Below are positions 41,078 through 54,288 of a DNA stretch of 64,000 nt, one piece after another. A program made the translations under genes and the position numbers. The notes under the pieces were generated by a model. The model was not told the origin of the DNA and did no database searches. It saw only the letters and a program-made list of their open reading frames with translations. Location: assembly GCF_036321535.1 (NCBI RefSeq), contig NC_087436.1, positions 26,352,001 through 26,416,000 on the forward strand, given 5' to 3'. This DNA is from Camelus dromedarius. Its lineage: Eukaryota. Numbering within the stretch: position 1 is the first letter of the stretch; every line of letters starts with the position of its first letter.

Positions 41078-41550
41078 CTGTCAGTTTCCCACAAATTTAC
41101 TGTGTCTTTGTCTAAAAAGTATAAAAGCAGCCTGCTTTCGCCACTTCTTAGATCCCATTTCTATGAGACCATACACACAAGTTAAAATGTGTTTCCTGTT
41201 CTCCTGTTAATCTATCTTGTGTCAATTTTATTATTAGTCCAGCCACAAGAACTCGAGAAGGGTAGAAGGAAAACTCCCCCTCCTGACACCCTCATTCTCA
41301 TAGTTCTTCTTCCGTTTTTCTCAATCTTTTCATCTGGCTATCCAAATCATTTCGCATTTTCTCCTTAGATGATATTCATCCTGTATATGCCAGCACTTCA
41401 TTTGCTTGGAATGAGACTTGTCTAAGAACTCCAGCAAATACATTAATTTATCTGAATCAAAAGAACCATCCACAGGCAACTGCACAACTGTATTCTCATA
41501 TACCCATTTCAAATATGACAGAAATATTAGCTTTTTGAGAGAAAGATCTG

Positions 41551-41689
41551 GGAGGAGGGTATAGCTCAAGTGGTAGAATGCATGCTTAGCATGCATGAGG
41601 TCCTGGGTTTAATCCCCAGTACCTCCTCTAAAAATAAATAAATAAACTCAATTACCTCCCCCTCTAAAAATTAAAATAAAATAAAAAAA
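41551..41689 (+). mobile_element. tRNA-derived camelid SINE (Vic-1-like), full length
   Basis: 'ggaggagggtatagctcaagtggtagaatgcatgcttagcatgcatgaggtcctgggtttaatcccc' (tRNA-Ala-like head), A-rich tail, perfect 14-bp TSD gagagaaagatctg (41537-41550 and 41690-41703). Confidence 0.93.
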
Positions 41690-41968
41690 GAGAGAAAGAT
41701 CTGAAGGCAGTATTCTTGGCTTCCTATATTTGCCAACCATAGGGTAATGCTATGGGATTTTAAAGTCTGTATTACCCATGCTTCTTTAATAGTAAAATAC
41801 TGGATTTAGAGAGGGTGGTCTGTCAAGCTAGTATTTCAAAAGAGTAAGCAACAAGGAGGGAGACTTTTTATAACTTGGGGTTTCTCACTTGACTGTTGTG
41901 AGGCCACAGACCTTCAACTCCTCCACTCAATTCGGGAACTACCAAATATTCCTCCTTATCACCATAAT

Positions 41969-42682
41969 TGTTGAGGAAATGTAATTTTAAAAAAATCTCC
42001 TCGCAACCCAGAAAAACCTCTCCACAAAAGGAGAAGAAAAAGAAAACAGCTTTATTATTGAATAAGCATGACAGCGAATGGGATGCACATCAGAGGCAGT
42101 CTGCTACAAAATTGCAAGACAGAAAGGAATTTCACCCTTTTATAAAGTCAGGCAGATGCAACCCTTCTATACAGTGTTCCCAAGATAAACAATAACTAGT
42201 TCTCAGTAAGAGGACTTGACAGCACCATTTTTCACATGCAGTTCATCCTAAATTCACTTGGTAATTGGGGTGAGCATGCATGCTAGCTAATTGACTTTAT
42301 CCGTAGAAAAATAAACTTGTCACATCATTATGGCATGAGGTAGTTTTGCAACTTGTAGCTAGGCACCCACAAAAGTTAAGCACCTATCATTCCACAGAAA
42401 CTGGGAGATAGGGGCCCTATCTTTGTTGATGATTACATTCCAAAGAAATTGTTCCCAGATGTTTGAGTAAAACTTTCCTGGGTCTTAAAGCTGGCAACAG
42501 ACTTCTTTAGTTTTTAAAAAGATTTACAGACATTTCAAAAGAGACAGAGAAAGAATTTTCAATTTCAGGTTGTCTGAAGTAAATGCTCTAAGAAAAGGAA
42601 AGGAATGGAAGTAAAATCTCTTCCCTTATTTTCAACAAGGAGAACACATTTTCTTCTTTTTCTATTTTTCTTTCTCCTTACA
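41969..42682 (-). mobile_element. ERV1-type solo LTR
   Basis: TG...CA termini; homologous to 35111-35754. Confidence 0.82.
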
Positions 42683-43714
42683 TATACAGATATCTTATTG
42701 GAGATAGAAAAACAAAGTCATTCTTGAGAACAATAAAAGTTACTAAGACTTTTGAACTAGGCTTTGAGACATGAGTTGGAGAAAATCATTGGGCAGACAG
42801 ACATAGAAATTTAGGGCACTACAGGAATTATTGATTGATGAAGACTATCAACATTTAAGGATCCCACAGTTTTGGTTTTTTTTTTTGAATAGTCATAATT
42901 CCATTATCATTTCTTAAAATATTTGAGACCTATTATCACAAAAAACATCACATATATTTAGTTACATATAAGTTACACGATTATTTCTTGTTATTGTTTA
43001 TTAGCTTTGGTTTGTGATCTTTATACTCATTACTACCATGTCTATCATTCTTCTGGGAACTTTATTTACATTACCTCCCATTCCCGAAGTATCTTTCTAA
43101 TTTAGGAATTACAATTCATGCTTAACAGAGGAGAGCAGATGGTAATTTTCCAAAGTAATCACAAAAGTAGTAATTGGAGAAATCTGGATTTCAGTTCAGT
43201 TCTGGTTGCCTGCAAAACTTGACATCTATTTTATTTTGTCTCACAGATTTTCAGTGAAAATTCTATGTACAGAGAAATTACATACACACACCTATACTCA
43301 TATATATTTTTATGGATGCTATTTTTTCCCCTATGCCCTTCTGTGTGTGTTTGCATGTGTTCTTTCAGGAGAAGTCATAATACAGAGGGAAAAAAGTCCT
43401 TGTTCACAGCAACATGGTCTAATTTCAATAGAAAGTTGAAGCAGCATCTGCTTCTTTTTTGTTTTGTTGTATTTTATTTTTTATTTCACTATATAACTCT
43501 TGAGTGCTGACTGTTCCCATGTCAGCTGAGCTGCACAGAACACTGCACATACTCTATATCTAAGCTAGAACAAGTGGCACCCTTCTAACCACCCTGAGGC
43601 TTGGAGCAAAAGCTAGGAGATTTCATTGCTATATGATTGAGCGGGAACAGAGAGGGAAGTAAATGATCCCACATGCAGTTTCTGTTTTTCTTTTATCAAA
43701 ATTCTGCTTCTGCA

Positions 43715-45768
43715 TCCTAAAATCAGGACAAGGCAAGAATGTCTGCTCTCAGTACTTCTATTCAACATTGTTTTAATAAGAGAGATTAGAAAATAATTTT
43801 TTTAAAGGCATCAAGACAAAAAAAAAAATAACCTATCACTCTTTGTGAATGATCTAATCTTATCTATAGAAAATTGTAAGGAAAACACTAAAAACTACAG
43901 CTATAAGAATCAATAAACCAGTTTAACAAGGATGCAAGATACAAAAATCAATGTTTTACGTACTAACAATGAACAGTCTGGAAGTAAAAATCAAGAAAAA
44001 ATTACTTATAAAATGATATTAAATAAAACACTTGGGAAAAAAATTAACAAAAAAAGTAAACCTTACACTCCAAAAAAATAAAACATCACTGAAAAAAACT
44101 AAATACCTAAATAAATGGAAGATATCCAATGCCCATAGGTCGGAGTACTTATTAAGATGACAGAACTCTGTATATTGATTCAGTGCAATACCCACCAAAA
44201 CACTAGTTGTTCTTTTTCCAGAAATTAACAAGCTGATCTTATATTCATATGGAAACATAACATACTTAAAATAACCAAAACAATGCCAAAAAGAACAAAG
44301 TTGGAGGACTCAAGCTTTCTTTTTACAAAACTTGCTATAAAGCTGATGATAAAAACAGTGTGGTATTGACATGAAGATAAATGGAGATAAAAGAAAAAAT
44401 TCAGTCTATAAATTCATACTTTTATGGTCAGTTAATTTTTGACTTTTGACGAGAATGCCAAGAAAATTCAATGGGGGAAAAGGAGACTTTCAAAACATGG
44501 TGCTGGGACAAAAGTAAAACAATAGAGTTAAATGATTTTCTCATACTATACATATAAATTACTTCAAAATGGATCCTAGAACAAAATCTAAGACAATTTT
44601 TTAAATTCTTAGAATAAAATATAGGAGTAGATTTATATGACCTTGAGTTAGGCAGATTCTTAGATGTGACAACAAAGACACAATTGACAAAAGAAAAATG
44701 GATAAATTAGACTTTATCAAAATTAAAATGTTTTCTGTTGCAGGTAGTGCTGCCATTAGTAAATACAATACCACCCACAGAATGAGAGAAAATATTTACA
44801 AGGCATATTATCTGAATAAAGGGCTTGTTTAAAAACTAGTAAGAACTGTTAACTCAAAACTAAAATGAGAAATAACCCAGTCAAAAATATATAAAGGATC
44901 TGAATAGACATTTTTCTAAGGATGATACACATATGGCCAATAAGTACATGAAAAGATACTTAAAATCACTAGTCATCAGGGAAATGCAAATCAAAACCAC
45001 AATGAGATATCACTTCACACTTGTCTGAATAGCTGTTATCAATAGGACAAGAAATAGCAAGTATTGGCAAGGGTGTGGAGAAGGGACCCCTTTTGCACTG
45101 TTGGTGGGAATGTAATTTGGTGCAGCCACTATGGAAAACAATATGGTGAGTCTTCAAAAAATTGAAAATAGAATTACCATATGACCCAGCAATTCCACTT
45201 CTGGGTGCTTACCTGGAGAAAATGAAAACTCTAATTTAAAAAGATATATGCACTCCTATGTTCATTTAAGCATTATTTATTATAGCCAAGATATGAAAAC
45301 AACCTAAATGTTCATTGATGGATTAATGGATATAAATACAGATATAAATATAGATATATAGACATAGATGTCATCCGTAATAAAGAAGAAAATCTTGCCA
45401 TTTGCCATAACATGGATGGACCTTGATGACATTATGCTAAGTGAAGTAAGTCAGACAGAGAAAGGCAAATACCATATGATTTTACTCATATGTGGGGAAT
45501 TTAAAAATCAAAACAAACAAACAAAAACCTCATAAATACAGAACAGATTTATTGCCAGAGGGGAGTGGGTTGGGGGTGGGCAAAATGGATGAAGGGGATC
45601 AAAAGCTACAGACTTCCAGATATATAATAAATAAGTCATGGGTTGTAATGTACAGCATGGTGACTATAGCTGATAATATTGTACTGCATATTTGAAAGTT
45701 GCCAAGAGATTAAAGCTTAAAAGTTCTCATCACAAGAAAAAAGAAATTGTAAGTGTGTATGGTGATGG
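43715..45768 (+). mobile_element. L1 3' portion (RT to 3'UTR; L1MA9-like 3' end), non-coding
   Basis: 'aatcaggacaaggcaagaatgtctgctctc', 'catcagggaaatgcaaatcaaaaccacaatgagatatcacttcacac', 'gtaatgtacagcatggtgactatag'; no poly(A) tail. Confidence 0.92.
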
Positions 45769-47629
45769 CAGGTGTCATTAAAAAAGGAATGCGGGTACAT
45801 GTAGAAAGAGGGAAGCCAGGGGTAGTCATTACAGTAAGTGTGAACATGATGTAGATTCTCCCGAGTCACAAGACAGAGACTCTTTGCCTTTTGCTCCTAC
45901 CCTTAATGCCACCTTCAGAATACGAACAGGCATTGGTGTCTCTGGAATGAAAGGAAGCTCCTAGGAGTGGGAGGTGATGGAGTCCTAGAAAAAGTGGGTA
46001 AGAGCCACTACAATAAGGCTCATTTCCTGTCCAGGGACAGAGGATATTAGATCAATAAAGTACAGCATCAGCCACAAACAAGTATCCATAAAGACCATGG
46101 TCCTCATACATCCACACTCACACACACACATCCCAGCAGTGAGATGAGATGGGACACAACACTGGAGGTCAGAGAGGTGGGGGAGGCAAATCTTAAGTTC
46201 CTTATTTAGGTGAAAAACAGTGTTCAGGGAAACTGAGGGATTTACGAGTTTTTAGTTTCTCCCAGGGAAGATTTTGTTATCAATGATCAATAAAAATTCA
46301 AGAAGCTTCCTTCGAGTCCTGAGGCTTTCCATCTCATGACTGCACGTTTATTCTCTGTATTTGCAGTGATATTGTTCTCTCTGTGTGTGTCCTTCTCTCA
46401 TGGAGTCTCTAGATTCTTGATTGGAAACACTGCTTGTATCTTTTCCTTAGAAGAAGGATGCCAATCTAGAACAGTACCACAGCAAAATGCCATGCTCTAT
46501 CCACTAGACTCTGGTAAGTGTAAAAGAAATAAGCTTTTCCTTTCTCCTGTTAATTTGCACTAGTCAGGAACAAGTGGGTATATAGGAAGATTTGCACAAC
46601 TCAGCCTCTAAAAAGATATCAAGAAGACATGCAAAACCCAGAGTAATCCTTGGATCGATAGGAGTGGGAGCAAGAAGGTGTTCCTCGAACCCTCTTTCAA
46701 CTTTAGAAGCTAGAGTAGATGCATTTGGAACTCTTCCTGGTGGTAGAGTGCCGTGACTGTGTGTAGATTGCCACTGTCTAATTAAATGAGATAATAGATT
46801 AATACAATGTAGTTTGAATGACAATCTGAATAATTTGACAATTGAAAAATAACTTTATTATTATATCAGGCATTGCTGAGCATGTTATGGCTTTTTGAAA
46901 TTGCTCGGTATAATACATACAATATGGTTTTACGGTTAATTAGCAAAATATATATACAATATAAAATATCAAGAGGTCTGGTAAAATATAAGCATAAGTT
47001 ATTTTTGACAACTTTCATCTTGACATTTGACCCAAATAAAAGTATGTCTTATTTCTATTTACAAAGTTGTATTTAGAAATACATACTAGAATGAATCAAA
47101 CTGTTAACTGATGTGTTAAGGATTAATAAATCATTATATTTGGTTAAGGAATCACTTTAGAGTTTCACTCTGAGAATATACATCTGGTAATTTGACATGT
47201 TCTATTGGAAAAAAATTTTTATTGTTAGACTACGTATCCCCCTTTACAAAATGCCAAACTTTTACAAAATTTATATGAAATTATTTTTATTTTTATTCCA
47301 TCGAATTTTATTCTCATCTGACAGGTTTTACAGTAGATAATTTTTCTTGTTATAAAAAGAGAAGTAAAATTTTAATTTCATAAAATATAAACTTGTTTCA
47401 AAGGAAAATTTTTTTCCTATGAAGCATTTATTCTTAGTAAGAGTGAAATTATTTTTATTATAGTTTTATTTTAACCATATCTTAAATTTTGGCTTTCTGC
47501 CCTTTAATTTTGGAATCTCTCCTAAATCTGTGATTCCAATTGCAAGCCTAGACTAGCACCCATCATTATCTTCTATGGTAAAGATACCTGGTCTGATTTT
47601 TTTTTTAATAATAAATTGTGAAATACACC

Positions 47630-47712
47630 TTGTTAGAGGCAATTCAAGTTGCCTACTCAATAGCCATTTTCTCCCTTTTCCAGTGAATCACATTTTCGTG
47701 TATGTGTATGTA

Positions 47713-47755
<43 letters not shown>

Positions 47756-48066
47756 GGATAGCTGTGTGCTTTAGCCCAGTGAAGAAATAATAAAAGGTAA
47801 CATGGACAGAAAAGAGGCACATGTAACAATATCATCCCTAGATCTTCAAGCAAACATTTTACCATAGATAATAGGTCTTAGAAAAAATATCCAACCAAAC
47901 GAGGACAGCAGAGCAGAAATGGATCTTTGATGACACAAACTGCTGACAGAGTTCCACAATGGTACCTGCCTTCAGACTCTCCAAAGTAATAAATGGTTTT
48001 CTTATTGTTTAAGTTATTGTTAATAAGATACTATGATTCTAGCCAATGAAAGCTAGTCCCAATACA
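47630..48066 (+). mobile_element. MLT1 (J-like) LTR, diverged
   Basis: 'tgcctactcaatagccattttctcccttt', 'gacagcagagcagaaatggatctttgatgac', 'ttattgtttaagttattg'. Confidence 0.65.
47698..47756 (+). repeat. (GTGTAT)n hexanucleotide microsatellite
   Basis: About 9 units read directly; it produces the VCVC and YTYT pseudo-ORFs. Confidence 0.95.
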
Positions 48067-49139
48067 TCCTCATTCATCTCTCTAAGCCAATTAAGGGAAA
48101 TAGTTTATCAACCTGAAAAGCAATTTTACATGATGTCCATGTTTGCTATTTATAGATAATACTGGGGACTTTATTATCTTGAACTAATGCAAAATATGTT
48201 TTTTTAAAGTATTCACAGAGAATGAAAGTCTTAGATTTTGTCAAATTTTAAATCTGCATTTTTAATAATGCTGCACCTTTATTGTTTCTGATTGGCCTAT
48301 ATTCTTGTATCCACTCAGAGTAGTTTTCAAAAACACAAAAATTATAGAATTATCCTCTAAGTCAGAATAAAATCTTACCTAGAAATGTGAGCCATTATAT
48401 AATACATTAAAGCAGAGTTGCTTTGATGGAAGATAGAAAAGGATATAGTAACATTTTCAAGTCTGATTTTTTCATTTTCTCTTGTGAAGCACAATTTGAA
48501 AACTATGTCCTACAGCATTCTACCCTAACTGTATTTACCTAATTTCTATTCTTCCTCTGGAATCCAATTCAAGCTTGTTCTCCAATTGTAGGAGAATTTT
48601 AATAGTACAACAGTTTACATGAAGAGCAAATAAGTTTCAACTGCCTTTGTCATATATTATGAAGAAATATAGCAAGTATAGTATGTTGCTTGGAGCCTGA
48701 CTGACATCTGTTCATCCTCTCTTACCCTTGCTTTTTATAATTGCACATAATTCTTACCTGTCACTTGATGGCTTTAATTTTTATATAATGAACTAATGCA
48801 AATATATTAGAACACCTTTCACCTTCAGTGAATAGAATCTAAAAAAATCACCTACAAAGTCTGAGTACCTAATGATTCTTTAGGGATCACTCTTGCACCC
48901 TTAGCTTTCAAAACTCACCCACCTTCTTGGCCTCCTTTCTGGCCTGCTGTTTCCTCATTCTCACTCTAGGTACTTGCAGGGATTTGAGTCTGCCTTGAAC
49001 CTCAGCCTAACCTAATTGGTGATCAGGATCCCTCCACTATTGTCATTTCCTTCCCCAGGATTGATTCTTGATTCTCTTTAGCCATGCTCACTTGAATTCT
49101 TTGAGACCACTGTTTGACCAACACAATGTTTTTGTAGAA

Positions 49140-50340
49140 TTCAAATTCTAGTGGGATGTAGTGGTATCTCACTGTGGTTTTGTCACATTTTTCTGATGAC
49201 TAGAGTTCTTTTCCTATGCTTATGGTCATTTGCATATTTTCTACTGTGAAATGTCTATTCAAAATTTACCCATTTTACCAAATTTGTTTGTTTGTTACTG
49301 TTGAGTTACAAATTTGCTTTATTTATTCTGGATACAAGTCACTAGTCAGATATTTGCTTTTCAATTTATTTTCTCAATTTGTGGCCTACCTTTTTATTTT
49401 TGTAAAAGTACTTTTGAAAATAACATTTTTTGATAAAGTACAGTTTATACTCTTTTTCTTTTATGATTCATACATTTTTGGGTCCCAAGATCCTTTGTCT
49501 AACCAAAAAGATTTTCTCACACGTTTCTCATTTTCTTCTAGAAATTTTATAGTTTTAGCTCTTAGGTTTTAGTTCTTACGATTCATTTTGAGATTTTTTA
49601 AATATAGGTAAAGTAAGTACTGAGGATAATTTCTTGTCATATGAATATCTAATATTTTTGTTGAAATAACTAACTCTTCCAATTAAATATTCTTGGCATC
49701 ATTGTCAAAAAATCAATTGACCTTAGATATATGGGTCTATTTCTGGATTCTCTATTCCATTTAATGCACTAATATGTCTATCCTTACACCATATATGCGT
49801 TATTAAGGCTGCTATAACAAAGTACCACAAATTGTGTGGCCTAAACAACAGAAATTTGTCTCACAATTCTGGAGGCTAGAAGTCCAAGATTGGCAGCACC
49901 ATGCTCCCTGAAGGTGCTAAAAAAAGATTTATTCCACACCTCTCTCCCAGCTTCTAGCAGTTTTTTGGCTGTGGGAAGATAATTCCATCCCTTAAATGAC
50001 ATTATGACATTCTTCCTGCACACATGTCTGTGCCCAAATTTCTTCTGTTTGATAAAAACACCAGTCATATCAGACTAGGAGCAACTATGATGACCTTATT
50101 TTACCTTTGTAAGCACTCTGTCTCCAAATAAGGTCACATTCTGAGATACTAGGGGTTAGGACTCTAAGATATCTTTATGGGAAGTGGGGGAAAGAAATTA
50201 ATTCATAACACACTGCTGTAAAAGTTTTATTTACTATAGCTTTATAGTAAGTTTTGAAATCAGGCAGAATAATATCTCCAAACACATAACTTAAAAAAAA
50301 AATTAGCTATTCTATTTTTTGGTCCATTTTTCCATAGTAT
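49140..50340 (-). mobile_element. Old L1 fragment interrupted by an MLT1 LTR
   Basis: 'gtagtggtatctcactgtggttt', 'ttttcttctagaaattttatagttttagctctt', 'tatagctttatagtaagttttgaaatcagg'. Confidence 0.82.
49792..50210 (-). mobile_element. MLT1B/C-like solo LTR
   Basis: 'ggctgctataacaaagtaccacaaa', 'tctcacaattctggaggctagaagtccaag', 'tctccaaataaggtcacattctgagatactaggggttaggact'. Confidence 0.88.
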
Positions 50341-50379
50341 AGAAATTGAATATGTACCCTACCAAAAATTCAGGACAGT

Positions 50380-52190
50380 GGCCAAACCTTGAGATTTACA
50401 ACCATGAATTATCATCATATTGATGAGATCAAAACCATAAAATGAATGAGTTCACTAAGGAAATAAGTATAGATAATGTAGGGGAGCAAAATTTGCCACC
50501 CCAAGATGTCAATTTAGCATACATGTTATTTTGAACTGAAAACAATCAAGACCCAAAAGATTCAGAAAGAAACTTTGACCTTCTCTGTTACCTAACTAAA
50601 TAATTTAAATAGAGGGCCTATTGTAGGAATAGATCTATTCTATAGTATGAGCTAGGTGTGTAGACAGGAAGGAAACTAGCAAGTCTGTTTGTTAGCATTT
50701 CTCTGTGCCTTACTGTCTCTACATGGCCCAGCAAACATCAGTTTACCAAAAATTTGCTTTCCATCTCCATGTCAAATGCCTTCCTCCCCTTTGAGGTCCC
50801 AAACCACTACCCCAAACATCCTCTGTGGTCTTTAGCTGGGGATACTATTTAAGGTGAGGGTTTTGGCCATTTTAGCAAGTTATTCAGTTTTCCTGGGTTT
50901 CCCCCATGTATACATGTTACTAAACATTTGTTTGATTTTCTCCTGTAAATTTGTCTCATGTCAATTTAATTCTTACACCAGCCAGAAGAACCTAATAAGG
51001 TGGAGGAAAATTTTTTCCTCTCCAATAATAAAAAAGTGAAAAGGCCCAAGGGTTAAGCTCTTGAGCACTCCAGTGTTTAGAGAATAGGAGTTGGAATATG
51101 AGAAGGAAACAGCAAGGGAAATGGAAAGAAAATGAGATGAGTGTGAAAGAAAGTACACAAAATGAGTATGATATTTATACTGAATGAAGACGATATTTCA
51201 GTGAGAAATGACCAGTTTGGTCAAATGCTGCTGATAAGCCAGGTTAAGAAGAGGATTTAAAATTGACTGTTGGATTTAGCACTGTAGTGTTTTGGTGTTG
51301 GCTTGGGTACTGTAGTTTGGTGGCCTGGATATTTTGATTGGACAATCAGATGGAAAACAAACAATGAGAAAAAGGACTCAAAGTGTGTGGAACTCCTTTG
51401 AGAATTTGTGCTAAAAAGGAAAAAAAAGCAAAGAGAGAAAAATGATAGTGATTTTTAGACAGAAATAATATCTAGTTTTAAGGCTCAAGGGATAAACTAA
51501 TAACTGATGCCACATGTAAGAGCGGGCATTTCTGGGGCAATATTCTTGAACTGATGAAAAGAGATGAATAAAATGCACAAATGGATGGTTGGCCCTGGCT
51601 AGGGGCAGAGATGATTTATACTAAGAGACAAATTACGTAGCCAAGACACAGGTAGATATGTAGGTACCCTGGTGGGAAATCAATCATGTGTTCTTTTAAT
51701 TGTTTCTATTATTTAATTAAAAACAAAAGCAAGGTTATCAGCTGAGAATTAGAAAAATGAAGGCTGTTTTATATACTTATATGGGGAAGAGAGATGTGAT
51801 AGTTAAACAGGAGAATTAGAGTATCTGTAGATTTAGGGAAGATATTATAACTGCTCAGATTAGTGGTCGCTGATGTAAAATAAAAACAATCAGCATGGTT
51901 TTGTGTTTTTTCTCCAGTCATACTCAGCTAAGCAGTTCACACATGTAATGATAAAGCTTTGATATCATCAGAACAGTACTTCAGTCAAAAGAGTTTTATT
52001 AAGATAACAACCAGAAGAATTAAATATTTGTATAAGGCAACGATTTTAATGGCTGACCATGGAATTTAGGCTAGATAGGAAGGAAAGCTAAGAAATGAGG
52101 TATGTACGGACATAGAAAAAGTAGTAGAATCGATGGATTGTGAGATCTGATAATTAATGGAATCAGGAAACTATAGAAAGTGAGCTGTTA
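50380..52190 (-). mobile_element. L2 LINE remnant interrupted by the LTR at 50477
   Basis: 'gtcaaatgctgctgataagccaggttaag', 'tgttggatttagca', 'gcaaggttatcagctgagaat'. Confidence 0.7.
50477..51027 (+). mobile_element. MER34-like ERV1 solo LTR
   Basis: Starts tgtaggggagcaaaatttgccacccc; perfect 4-bp TSD ataa; homologous to 60972-61534. Confidence 0.9.
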
Positions 52191-52899
52191 GCAGACTTGC
52201 TTCTCCTACACTTTCTTGAATCTACCTTTCTATTTTTACCTAACTTTAATTATTAATTTGTTGTGTGCTTCTTTTATCTCTATAATTTTATTCACATAGC
52301 ATTTCGATTTTGAACCATAAAATTTAGAACCACAATTTATATTTTTATATTTTCCAATAAATATTAATGTTTAGTTTTTCTCACTTGTGTAGAAAATATC
52401 TTGAGAGCAGAGACTATGCCTCTGTTTATTTATTTCAGTTTTGAAAATTAATTTTATTTTAGTTCAGCAACAAACACACACACATTGCGACAATTTTCTA
52501 GATGCATTCACACTCAGATTTTATTGGTTTATAAGACAATCACTTATTTTTCTTGTAAGAAGCATGCCTGTCTTCTTAAAGGAGAAAGAACATATCATGA
52601 AGAAGAAGGAATAATCAAAAAATTATTAGTTAATTTTAAAGAATATGTTGAATTGCATGAAGCATGCAGAATGAGGGGGTTAAAAATATAGGAGAGCTAT
52701 GATAATCCTTTCTTCAAGGACCCCAAAGACTTGGGAAAGGATGAGGTCATATTACTTTTAACATTCCTTTTTTAATTGGTAAAATATGAATATTTGGGTG
52801 TAAATGAAATAAGATTTTCTTTTATGGGTCTAATAGATTGAGTGTGAACCTGCCAGATAACTTTAATGTTCTCTTAAAATAAAAGATGATTTCAACTTT

Positions 52900-53490
52900 T
52901 AAGAAAAGAGTTAGCTGAAAAGAATAAGGTTTTGAGGAGAGTGGTGAAAACTTTAAATAGGTAATATGGATAATGGACAGATGATTGAATCAGAAGGAAC
53001 AACTAGATATCTGGGTAGAGTGAAAAGCACTACCTAGGTTTGAGGTCACGGATTTATACTGGGTTCAGTCCAGTAGTTGTGTGAGTTGTATCCAAATAGC
53101 ATTCTGCAGGCCAAGTGGAGTAATAGAGAGGATATAGGGTAGATCCATTGGAGTATTTAGGATGTACTTAGTGGGTGAAAGAGAAGGGTAATGGAATGAG
53201 GCAGCTGAGTATATTAGCAAGGAAAGACAAAGTGAAGCACTCTGGAGATGGATATAAAAGTTAAGGTCAACATAGAAATGGAGTTTGATAAACTAGATAA
53301 AAGGAAAGAACCAGGGAGTAAATATCTCAACTGATGGAAAAGAAGAAAGTAGAGACAGCATCTGGAAGAGGAAATTAGGAGACTAGAAGACTGCTGTTAG
53401 AGTGAAAAATTTGATTTTAAACTTCTGCATTGTGAAGATGATAAAATCTAATATGTTGCCATGTCCGAAGAAATTACTGATAAAATTCAC
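52900..53490 (-). mobile_element. Probable L2 remnant
   Basis: Purine-rich strand bias continuing the upstream L2. Confidence 0.4.
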
Positions 53491-54288
53491 ATGTGAGCAT
53501 ATTGTTAAATATCAGTGTATGTTCGTTGGTTGATTGTAAGTTAGTGTTCAACAGACTGATACTCAAAGTTCAGTGGCTAATGCTGCAAAATTTTAATTCA
53601 ATTTCTAGTTAAATCTAGATACATAACTACCTGAGGTTCAAGTTTGCTTTCCATGTTTTTGCTGATATTTTCTGCAGTTTCTTATTGATATCCTATAAGC
53701 ACTAGTCTTTCTGAAATGCAATGGCATGAATTTTGCTTATGTTTTTTAAACTTTCATATCACCATGGTTATGGACAGTAAAATGGCAGAAGACCACTCTA
53801 AAACTTTCAAGACATCTAATCACCTGAAATATAATAATACATTTAATAAATCAGGATATACATGAAAATAAAAATGTCACTGTTGCTGTGGTTCAGATAT
53901 ATCAGGAAAAAAACAACTATGGAAAATGGATACCTTAATTCTATTATCTCTAATCTAAATTTCTAATAATAAAATTAAAAGGTGAACGTTGCTTTTATCA
54001 TTTGCACTTATCTTTAGATAAAGCCCTCAATTTTAGCATTTATATTTGTAAGTGTGCTGGGTTGTCAATTTTACTGAACTGAAAAATGTTGATTTGCCGC
54101 TAGCTTTTTCTATTCAGCTTATGAAATTGCTTTCCCTTTAAATTACTGATATTTATTCATTCAAAAAGAGGATAGCAGTAGGGACGTAGTGCTTTGGTGA
54201 TTTCACGTAACTTTAGTCACCCTTCATCCAAATAGGAACTGTATTTAAAAGAGTAAAAAAGGGTTTTAAAAAATAATTAAATTGATTT

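Larger units (their letters stand above)
39778..41288 (+). mobile_element. MER34-like ERV1 LTR (host), split into three pieces by two nested LTRs
   Basis: TG...CA termini; pieces 39778-39852, 40287-40544 and 41078-41288 together align to the reverse complement of 54289-54834. Confidence 0.88.

Noticed and set aside
41551..41625. Functional tRNA-Ala gene
   Set aside because: The A-rich tail, TSD and imperfect acceptor stem show it is a SINE.
35111..42682. Two same-orientation LTRs as the ends of one provirus
   Set aside because: The sequence between them shows no gag/pol/env features, the LTRs differ by sizeable indels, and no shared TSD is visible.
47575..47865. ORFs with VC/YT dipeptide repeats
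   Set aside because: They are translations of the (GTGTAT)n microsatellite.
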